Shown here piece by piece: positions 7,266-13,481 of a stretch of DNA of 13,481 bases. Each line of letters begins with the position of its first letter. Position 1 is the first letter of the stretch. The notes below the pieces were generated by a model. That model did no database searches. It was not told the DNA's origin and saw only the letters and a list, made by a program, of their open reading frames with translations. Source of the stretch: Candidatus Jordarchaeales archaeon (GTDB lineage: Archaea; Asgardarchaeota; Jordiarchaeia; Jordiarchaeales; Freyrarchaeaceae). The translations under genes and the position numbers were made by a program. The stretch is taken from positions 1 to 13,481 of the forward strand of contig JAWCFL010000045.1 of NCBI GenBank assembly GCA_038858525.1, in the 5' to 3' direction.

Positions 7266-8663
7266 TTGAGCATGCACGTCGCATTCTTCGCGCTAACCAA
7301 CATACATCCGGGAGCCCCGGGAGGAGGGATAAGCGTCGCAGACCTCCCAGTGTACAGGGACAGGTTCTCGCTCGTGAAAATAAGGGGGGAAAGCCTGAAG
7401 GGCGCCCTCAGGTCGGCTGTCAGCCGCCGCCTCGGAGACCTAGAAGGCGCGCTTTTCGGCACGACAAGCCAGGCTGGCGCCTTCTCCATCCTAGACGCGG
7501 TCCTAGTCTTCGTCCCCGTCACGAGCGCCGAAAACGGTTTGATCTACCTTACCAGCCCCATGCTCCTCAGCTGCCTCGCAAGACACCTCGCAGTGGCGGG
7601 CGTGAAAGCCGCACAAAACATAGATTCGGTGGCATCAGCGCTCACGGGCCTCCCCCTAAACGAGTCCGCCTCAACGATTAACGACAACGAGGTAACTATC
7701 CTTGGGGAATTCACGTTCAAGAACAACCATGTTAACTGGTTAAATCCACTCAAGAACGCCCTTAAAATGGTTCAGCGGGCAGTCTCCGCCGACTTGCTGG
7801 ACATCATAGACAACCTTCTCGTCATAAACGACACAGCCGCCTCCATCCTCATCGAGAAGGCGCTCCCCATAAAACCGGGAGTTAAACTGAAAGGTCTCGA
7901 AGTCGAAGATGAGGTTTACCTGAAAAATGTGGAGCTCGGCCCATGGTTCGAGGAAGAAATACCGAAGTTCTCGGTTTTCTCCAGCGTCGTAATGTTCCCG
8001 CAAAGGAAAGTCGAAGCCGAGCTTGCGAGGGATGAAGCGAAGAGGTTCGTCCATGAAGCCCTAGTCGGACTGAGCGAAGCCCAACTCACCGTGAAGGAAA
8101 ACAAGGTGAAAGTGACGCTGAATCAGCAGTCCGTCAGCAGCCTCGTCAAGAAGTACCTGAGCGAAACCGCCCTGATAGTGGGAGGGCGAGAAACGCTCGC
8201 GAGGGGCTTACTCAAAGCGGCCGAGATGAGGTTCAACGGTGAATGGCCAGAGGTGAAGCGATCATGGAAGATGGCGGCGGGCGAAGAGCGGAAAACCAGC
8301 ATCTTCCTGGAACTGCTAAGGGAGACCGCCGGAGACCTGGAGAGGGCGGATGAGTTCGTCGGAAAGTTCTCCAGCCTCCCGGACAGGATCAGGAAGCTCC
8401 CACTGCTCTCCGTCTATCTCTTCTACACGAAGATCAAAGGTGATGTGGAAGGAAAAGGGTACAGAGAGGTGAGAGAAGTCATGAAAAGAATGAGAAACGA
8501 GGGGTTATTCAGCGAGGAGTGGATTATCGGCGACGGCGAGATAGCCAAAACCAAGACTGAAAGCACCAGCCAGCTGGTTCTAAGCTACAAGACTGTTTTA
8601 GAGGACATCACAAAGCTCAAGTATGTAATCAGAAGCTACGCCAAGAAAAAGGAGGTAGAGTAG
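7266..8663 (+). CDS. cmr4: Cmr4-Cmr5 fusion (Cmr4 copy B at about aa 1-325, Cmr5 copy B at about aa 336-465), 465 aa
   Basis: N part: TNIHPG...ADLPVYRD...IRGESLKGALRS, DAVLVFVPV, YLTSP, WFEEEIP, VGGRETLARG. C part: KFSSLPDRIRKLPLLSVYLFYTK and SYKTVLEDITKLKYVIRSY resemble Cmr5. SD GAGGTGA at 7253-7259 precedes TTG 7266. Confidence 0.85.
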   Translation: MSMHVAFFALTNIHPGAPGGGISVADLPVYRDRFSLVKIRGESLKGALRSAVSRRLGDLEGALFGTTSQAGAFSILDAVLVFVPVTSAENGLIYLTSPMLLSCLARHLAVAGVKAAQNIDSVASALTGLPLNESASTINDNEVTILGEFTFKNNHVNWLNPLKNALKMVQRAVSADLLDIIDNLLVINDTAASILIEKALPIKPGVKLKGLEVEDEVYLKNVELGPWFEEEIPKFSVFSSVVMFPQRKVEAELARDEAKRFVHEALVGLSEAQLTVKENKVKVTLNQQSVSSLVKKYLSETALIVGGRETLARGLLKAAEMRFNGEWPEVKRSWKMAAGEERKTSIFLELLRETAGDLERADEFVGKFSSLPDRIRKLPLLSVYLFYTKIKGDVEGKGYREVREVMKRMRNEGLFSEEWIIGDGEIAKTKTESTSQLVLSYKTVLEDITKLKYVIRSYAKKKEVE

Positions 8664-9524
8664 ATGGGCGAGGAAAAACGGGAAGGTCACTACAAGAACA
8701 TATATGAAGCATACCTCAGAAAAGCGACAGCACTCCTCCTAATGCTCGGAGAAAGCGGAAAAGGGGAGAAAAAAGGAAGATACGGGAAAGAAGACTACAA
8801 GAGGGAGCTCACCGATTGGATCTACAAAAAAGTAAACGAGAGAAAGGAGAACATATGCTCTAGATGCGAGAAACACTTGGAGGTCCTCAAAGCAGCGTAC
8901 GCCTCAGCTGGGAAGCACGTTGTCACTTGCGACATAACTTCAACTTCGAGGGTCATCGTCGACATATCGTCGCCCTTCGCGTGGCTGATAGACGAAGTTG
9001 GCCTCGCATGGGACTCACTGCTTGATGCTCCCATAATTTCCGGGATTAAGGGAGCTGTGAGGGCGGCCGCCGAATGGATGGACAACGCGCAGCTCGTCGA
9101 AGCGCTTTTCGGAAAAGCAAAGGACGAAAAGGAGGCACATCTTTCCCTTCTCTCGTTCACCGAAGCCTACCCCGTCAAGTCAAGAAACGAGCTGATCGTG
9201 AGAGACGTCATAACCCCAATGTACTCCCTAGAGAGGGGGACGGTGGAAGAGCACAGAGCTGAGCCGACACCAGTCAACTTCATCGCGATAAATAAAGGTG
9301 TAAAATTCAGGTTCCTAGTGATACTCAACTCGGACTACTACGAGAAGCTGACCAGCGACGTTAAAAGTTTACTAGGCGAAAACTACCCCCAAAACGTCGT
9401 GTCGAAGCTCGAAAAATATGTTAAGAAAGCTGTCGAGGAAATTGGGGTGGGGGGCAAAACATCCTCCGGGTACGGCTCATTCACCTTCACATCAATAAAA
9501 CTTGAAGGAGAAGTGAAAGCGTGA
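8664..9524 (+). CDS. cmr6: Cmr6 (Cas7-family RAMP), 286 aa
   Basis: EVGLAWD...P...IKGAVR, LFG, F.EAYP, DVITPMY, PTPV.F, GVGGKTSSGYG. SD GGAGGT upstream; ATG abuts the previous stop. Confidence 0.92.
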   Translation: MGEEKREGHYKNIYEAYLRKATALLLMLGESGKGEKKGRYGKEDYKRELTDWIYKKVNERKENICSRCEKHLEVLKAAYASAGKHVVTCDITSTSRVIVDISSPFAWLIDEVGLAWDSLLDAPIISGIKGAVRAAAEWMDNAQLVEALFGKAKDEKEAHLSLLSFTEAYPVKSRNELIVRDVITPMYSLERGTVEEHRAEPTPVNFIAINKGVKFRFLVILNSDYYEKLTSDVKSLLGENYPQNVVSKLEKYVKKAVEEIGVGGKTSSGYGSFTFTSIKLEGEVKA

Positions 9525-10873
9525 GGCACCTCGCAACGATAAAAATCAAAAGCCTAACCCCATCAGCAATAGGAGGATACAACCCTAACATCCACGACAA
9601 CATCTTCAGAGTAACATCCCTCAGGGGGCTAGCAGCATGGTGGCTAAGAGCTATAGTAAGCGGGGTGGCATACGACGAAGGAGACATAAACCACGATAAA
9701 AAAGCAACAGAAGCACAAAAAATAATATTTGGAGCAACTAACAAAAGCTCATTACTAGTCATTAGGACGAAGTTGGAAAATGTAAAAAATGTAAACACAA
9801 TAGGCACATCACTAACGGGGAGTGGCGAAAATCGCCTATCAATTAAACACATAAGACTCAGGCTTCTCCTAATGGGAGTACAGGATAAAATTAATACGCT
9901 TAAGGACATGCTGAAAAACTTCGATGCGACCATATGTGTTTACTCTTCCGCAAAGAAAACGAATTTGAAGGAAGTTCTTGGGCTGCATGCCATAATTATC
10001 TCCCTTCTTCTCGGAGGATTAGGGAAGGGTTCACGGAGGGCGATGGGGGCGGTCAAACTTTCATCGGTCGAACTTTCACAAAAAGTAAAGGAGTTCCTTC
10101 AAAAAGAGGGGTGCAGAGGACTGCTGCAAATATCCCAAAAAGTAGATGAAAACACGTTAAAGATGATTGTCGATGATGCTAGGAAGATCGCCGAAAAAAT
10201 GCTGAAAGAAGGGGTGCTGGAAGACATACAAACAGGAGAACTATCTTCATTTCCGAAGATACCATCGCTTAGCAAAAAGGCTGCCGAAATATATGTTAAA
10301 AAGCTAGAAGAGTTAAGAAACATGAGTTGCGAGAAGAGACTGGTCACCCTCAACGCCAAGATACTCGAAGAACTCTTCCTCAGAAGCCCAAACTTAAAAA
10401 GGCTTCCAAACATACTTCAGAACACGAAGCCATCTCAGAAAATTGTGAAACAAAGAGTTGTTAAAGTCTCGGAGGCCACCGCTTTAGGATCATACATTCT
10501 GGGTCTTCCAAGAGAAGCAAGAAACCCACCGGAAAAACATCGGTATAGAGTAGTCTTTAATACTACGACTACAAGTAGAAAAAAAGCTTCACAGGCTAAT
10601 GTGCCACAAGAACCCCGAAAACAGTATAGTGGCTTCGTAAAATTCAATGACAAAGATAAAGAATATGAGCATTACCGTAGGCCTTCTCCTGTTATTGTAT
10701 CGTTGCTGGATGAACAAACTGTTGTGATAACGCTTTTAAAGTCCTCCGACTGGCCAGAAGAACTACAATGGTTCACGACCAAAGAAAAAGAGGTAGAGGC
10801 GCGAGGCATAAACGACGCATACTCACTAGTCTCAAGCTACCTGTCAAGTAATTACCAGAAAATCTGGCCATGA
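9521..10873 (+). CDS. cmr1: Cmr1 (duplicated-RAMP subunit), 450 aa
   Basis: LTP..IGG, FRVTSLRGLAAWWLRA, IFGAT, LGGLGKGSRRAMG, LGLPR, RRPSPV. GTGA overlap with the cmr6 stop. Confidence 0.92.
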   Translation: MRHLATIKIKSLTPSAIGGYNPNIHDNIFRVTSLRGLAAWWLRAIVSGVAYDEGDINHDKKATEAQKIIFGATNKSSLLVIRTKLENVKNVNTIGTSLTGSGENRLSIKHIRLRLLLMGVQDKINTLKDMLKNFDATICVYSSAKKTNLKEVLGLHAIIISLLLGGLGKGSRRAMGAVKLSSVELSQKVKEFLQKEGCRGLLQISQKVDENTLKMIVDDARKIAEKMLKEGVLEDIQTGELSSFPKIPSLSKKAAEIYVKKLEELRNMSCEKRLVTLNAKILEELFLRSPNLKRLPNILQNTKPSQKIVKQRVVKVSEATALGSYILGLPREARNPPEKHRYRVVFNTTTTSRKKASQANVPQEPRKQYSGFVKFNDKDKEYEHYRRPSPVIVSLLDEQTVVITLLKSSDWPEELQWFTTKEKEVEARGINDAYSLVSSYLSSNYQKIWP

Positions 10874-10932
10874 TAGTATACTGAGAGTGGTGTTATTGGC
10901 TTCCTTCGCTTCCCTTAGCGATGCAAAAATGA

Positions 10933-10960
10933 GTTGCAAGAACCTATAAGGGCTTGAAAC
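10933..10960 (+). CRISPR. Solitary CRISPR-repeat-like unit GTTGCAAGAACCTATAAGGGCTTGAAAC (28 nt); not an array
   Basis: Begins GTTGCAA and ends TTGAAAC, like archaeal/bacterial type I/III repeats, with a central weak CCT/AGG stem. Lies 60 nt after the cmr1 stop. No second copy found by eye. Confidence 0.6.
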
Positions 10961-11008
10961 TTTCTGGAGCCTTTAGCCTCTCTGCATACTACTGTGCATC
11001 CCGCAATT

Positions 11009-11016
11009 TTTAAATA
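11009..11016 (+). promoter_or_regulatory. TATA box TTTAAATA for a leaderless RHH/protease transcript
   Basis: Box ends about 25 nt before ATG 11041. No SD precedes that ATG. Confidence 0.65.
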
Positions 11017-11040
11017 TTATTTATTTATTACGTATTTAGT

Positions 11041-11343
11041 ATGGGGACATTGACTATCTCGTTGAGCGATGAGGTTGAAGAGAAGCTTAGGCGTCTTGTG
11101 GGAGAGATGGGTTCAGGTAAGGGTTTAATGTCGAAGGTCATAGAGGACGCGTTAAAAGCGTATTTTTCCATGCTGGAGCGGAGGGAGAAGCGCTTCAAGG
11201 CTTACATGGGGGAGGAGCTGGTCGCCGAGGCGGGCGACCTCGAAGAGCTTGCCTCGGAGCTCAGAAAGAAAGGCTTAGACCCGAGAAGTGTAAGGGTCAT
11301 CTCATCGGAGCCGTTGAAGCCAGTCGTGAGGATGGGCTGGTAA
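11041..11343 (+). CDS. Ribbon-helix-helix (CopG-like) DNA-binding domain fused to a DUF5678-like domain, 100 aa
   Basis: N-terminal TLTISLSDEVEEKLRRL...MSKVIEDALKAYF fits the RHH pattern. C-terminal FKAYMGEELVAEAGDLEELASEL.K.G resembles DUF5678. Confidence 0.72.
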   Translation: MGTLTISLSDEVEEKLRRLVGEMGSGKGLMSKVIEDALKAYFSMLERREKRFKAYMGEELVAEAGDLEELASELRKKGLDPRSVRVISSEPLKPVVRMGW

Positions 11344-11344
11344 C

Positions 11345-11734
11345 ATGTTCATGGGAAAGACGCCGGTTCTCGAAGCTGCCCTGAGCAACCCTCTCCTCTC
11401 GGTAAGGTTTCCCGAGTCAGGTGGCTTACTCGCAGTCCTGGACACGGGCTACGAGGGTTTCGCCATAATTCCGCCTGAACTTTTTATGAAGCTGAGGCTA
11501 AACGAGCTTAGCCAGACGAAGAGGGTCCTCCTCACCCCGACGGGTAAGCATGTCGATTCGACTGGAACATACGGGAGAATCATCATCCCCGAACTGAAAA
11601 CCTTCAGAGACGGGTTCATAGAGACGACGGACGGAGTGGACGAGGTTATCCTCGGAACAGATTTCCTGAGCGGATTCAAGCTCACAATAAACTACTGCAC
11701 GATGAACCTCGAAATCACCCCATGCCGACTATGA
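11345..11734 (+). CDS. Clan AA (retropepsin-like) aspartic protease, AF_0612-like, 129 aa
   Basis: AVLDTGYEG catalytic motif (DTG at 11441-11449), flap region LLTPTG, and C-terminal VILGTDFL. Starts 1 nt after the RHH gene stop. Confidence 0.85.
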   Translation: MFMGKTPVLEAALSNPLLSVRFPESGGLLAVLDTGYEGFAIIPPELFMKLRLNELSQTKRVLLTPTGKHVDSTGTYGRIIIPELKTFRDGFIETTDGVDEVILGTDFLSGFKLTINYCTMNLEITPCRL

Positions 11735-11965
11735 AACAATAAGGGCCTCCTCACTCAAACTGGAGCCCGCCCCTCACCATCAACCATCCCCCCCATTTTT
11801 TCCTCCATCATCAGTCAAAGCCCCTTCCTCACCTGCAACTCTAGCCCTCAGCTCCCCCCAGGCACGGACTCAAGCAGAGAAAAGCCCAACACAACGAAAA
11901 ACAGATCCTCACTCAAGTTTGAAATGGCCCGATAGGGGCATCCGCATGTTTCCAGCCACTACTGG

Positions 11966-12409
11966 TTAGAGCTTCGCCATAGTCCTCGCGAAGCTCTCCG
12001 CTTTTCTCAAGTCATCCTCGTTCGGCCTACCCCTGTTAAATATCCTCGGGCCAAAGTTTGCCACGAAGCGGCTCTCCCCCTTGCAGGAGAACCCTCCCAG
12101 AAACTTAGCCCCCTTCTCCTCCAGTTTTTCTTTAATGTAGCCTATCGTTCTCTTATCCCCGGAGTTGTGGAACGTGCAGAAGGCGGCGCCTTTCTTCCCT
12201 GTTAAGGATGGAAGCCCCTCCAGAAACCGTATTATGGGCTTTGCTGGCCCAAAATAATGTACTGGGGTTCCGACACAGATCAGATCGTAGCCTGCAACAT
12301 CCCCTGCTTCCTCGACCCGCCTTAGGTCAGCGCTTAGCGCCTCGGCGATAACATTAGCGACCTTCTCAGTGTTCCCCGTCTCGGAATAATAGACGACGAC
12401 CACCCTCAA
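11966..12409 (-). CDS. Flavodoxin-like protein, 147 aa
   Basis: VVYYSETGNTEKVA FMN phosphate loop, DLICVGTPVH, KGAAFCT, F.CKG. Start moved to TTG 12409 behind a GGTGGTGG SD. Confidence 0.88.
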   Translation of the reverse strand: MRVVVVYYSETGNTEKVANVIAEALSADLRRVEEAGDVAGYDLICVGTPVHYFGPAKPIIRFLEGLPSLTGKKGAAFCTFHNSGDKRTIGYIKEKLEEKGAKFLGGFSCKGESRFVANFGPRIFNRGRPNEDDLRKAESFARTMAKL

Positions 12410-12475
12410 ACCCACCACCAGAGACAACCGGCACGCGTTAACCTGAAAAGCGTTACGCACACAAGCCAGCACCTC

Positions 12476-12499
12476 AAAAAATAAACGAAAAAAGAAAAG
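12476..12499 (-). terminator. Oligo-T archaeal terminator-like tract
   Basis: Minus strand reads CTTTTCTTTTTTCGTTTATTTTT right after the TAA at 12501-12503. Confidence 0.5.
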
Positions 12500-12500
12500 T

Positions 12501-12596
12501 TTAGAGGTTGAAGTTTTTCACGAAGACCCTCCTGGCCAAGCTTCCCTCTCTGATCATTGCGAAGTACGCTATGACCACAGCCACTATTATTCCGAC
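12501..12596 (-). pseudogene. 3' remnant of a membrane-protein gene cut by the IS (VGIIVAVVIAYFAMIREGSLARRVFVKNFNL*)
   Basis: Open hydrophobic helix followed by a basic tail, a stop and a T-tract. It begins exactly at the inferred IS right end and has no start or RBS of its own. Confidence 0.55.
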
Positions 12597-12760
12597 GATG
12601 AACCGTTGTCGGATAGTTAACTTTTTATAACTATCCGTTCCACCTCGGCTAAAGCCTCATGGGTGGCTTTCGCCGCCAACGGTAAAGGACGGCACATCGG
12701 AAGCCTCATAGCTATATTCCATGCAGCGACAAAGTGTCTATCCGCCTGGAACCCGCACCG
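12580..12760 (-). ncRNA. Predicted TnpB omega/reRNA (scaffold overlapping the tnpB 3' end, guide from the flank)
   Basis: Inferred only from the established architecture of IS200/IS605 TnpB loci. Boundaries are guesses. Confidence 0.35.
12610..12637. repeat. Perfect 10-bp inverted repeat CGGATAGTTA-N8-TAACTATCCG (IS right-end hairpin)
   Basis: Read directly. It overlaps the tnpB stop codon and lies about 10 nt from the inferred end. Confidence 0.85.
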
Positions 12761-13481
12761 CCTACACTTGAAGACATGCCCATTCGGCTTACTAATTTCG
12801 CCACACATCGGGCACGTCCTAGAGGTGTTCTCCGCATTAACGGTTTCAGGCTTAAAACCACGCTCCATCCCCTTATAGGAGATGTAGAACTGAACTCTTC
12901 TGAATGGTATGCTGTGGAGCCTCCTATTCATCACCCTACCATACCGTATCCTCTCCCTGATATGGGTGAGATCCTCCATTACAGGCTTAACGTTTTCCTC
13001 GGCAACCACACCAGCTATAATCTTCGCCGCCCTATGAAGTATGTTGTTTACTCTCCGCTTTTCCCTTCCAGAATACTTCGCCAGCAGCCTAGCCTTCTTT
13101 TCCCCCGAGGTCTTACCCTGAATGCTCCTCCTCTTCCTCAAGTACCTGCCTCTAACGTGTTTCGCCTCACTTATATCTATCTTGATGAACCTGACCTTAC
13201 CCGGCTTCACAACAGCCAAATCTATACTACACTCGTTAACATCGATGCCCAGCACGCCTTCGGACTTTCTCTCCTCAACCGTCCTCCTAAAAGTAACATG
13301 AAGGTAGTATTCGTTATTAAATTTTACAAGCCTTGAGCCTTTAACCTGCCAACCCATGAACTTCCTTGAATGCTCATGAACCCTGAACGGAATCGCGATG
13401 TGTCCTTTGTGCGTAGCCAGCCTTACGCATCCCCAACTGAACCAGAACAGGTGGGCGTCGTCCAAAAGAATGCTTATCTTT
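12617..13481 (-). CDS. tnpB: TnpB RNA-guided RuvC-family protein, 5'-partial
   Basis: YYLHV, RuvC-I VLGIDVNE, RuvC-II VMEDL, TSRTCPMCG...FKCRRCG Zn finger, RuvC-III ADRHFVAAWNI. The frame stays open to the window edge (KISILLDDAHLF), so 13465 is not the true start. Confidence 0.95.
   Translation of the reverse strand, partial: KISILLDDAHLFWFSWGCVRLATHKGHIAIPFRVHEHSRKFMGWQVKGSRLVKFNNEYYLHVTFRRTVEERKSEGVLGIDVNECSIDLAVVKPGKVRFIKIDISEAKHVRGRYLRKRRSIQGKTSGEKKARLLAKYSGREKRRVNNILHRAAKIIAGVVAEENVKPVMEDLTHIRERIRYGRVMNRRLHSIPFRRVQFYISYKGMERGFKPETVNAENTSRTCPMCGEISKPNGHVFKCRRCGFQADRHFVAAWNIAMRLPMCRPLPLAAKATHEALAEVERIVIKS

Larger units (their letters stand above)
12598..13481 (-). mobile_element. IS200/IS605-family (IS605/IS1341-like) element, right portion; left end outside the window
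   Basis: tnpB gene, a subterminal hairpin at 12610-12637, and a TTCAT terminal motif at 12602-12598 on the minus strand. The end position is inferred to within about 1-2 nt. Confidence 0.8.

Noticed and set aside
7238-7681. 147-aa R/P-rich plus-strand ORF overlapping the fusion gene
   Set aside because: An off-frame product of a locally high-GC segment with few stops.
1363-10653. Many short minus-strand and alternative-frame ORFs inside the cmr genes (e.g. 2562-3068, 4663-5007, 7181-7522, 9487-9933)
   Set aside because: They overlap well-supported cas genes, show shadow-type composition, and lack RBS or family motifs.
1408-10873. Classification as type III-A, III-C or III-D, or presence of cas6, cmr7 or a CorA/SAM-AMP module
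   Set aside because: Subunit motifs and the intact GGDD fit III-B, and no gene in the window resembles those components.
10874-11040. A genuine CRISPR array or leader after cmr1
   Set aside because: Only one repeat-like unit is present; there is no second copy, even degenerate, at spacer distance on either side.
11735-11965. C/A-skewed intergenic stretch with an 11-bp direct repeat TCCTCACTCAA (11748, 11906) and a weak hairpin near 11918-11941
   Set aside because: No sustained ORF, tRNA fold or repeat periodicity. It may be a decayed gene, but this cannot be supported.
12410-12472. N-terminal extension of the flavodoxin ORF
   Set aside because: The fold starts at MRVVVVYYS, and an SD sits directly before TTG 12409.
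12734-13336. 200-aa plus-strand ORF
   Set aside because: Antisense to tnpB, P/L-rich with no motifs.

Overview
An archaeal, probably thermophilic, window (TATA-box promoters, GGAGG/GAGGTGA ribosome-binding sites, K/E/R-rich proteins). It is dominated by a complete, translationally coupled type III-B CRISPR-Cas (Cmr) effector operon on the + strand: cas10/cmr2, cmr3, cmr4, cmr5, a second cmr4 fused to a second cmr5, cmr6 and cmr1. A CARF-wHTH gene of the APE2256/Sso1393 (Crn1 ring-nuclease-like) family is transcribed divergently. No cas1, cas2, cas6 or true CRISPR array is present, but one CRISPR-repeat-like unit lies just after cmr1. Downstream are an RHH/DUF5678-like gene paired with a clan-AA aspartic protease, a flavodoxin-like gene, a probable truncated membrane-protein 3' end, and the right part of an IS200/IS605-family element whose TnpB has His in place of the RuvC-III Asp. 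The most unusual signals are the duplicated and diverged Cmr4/Cmr5 unit, a probable hidden internal start in the fusion gene, and the solitary repeat. All family assignments come from motif recognition by eye; no database searches were run.
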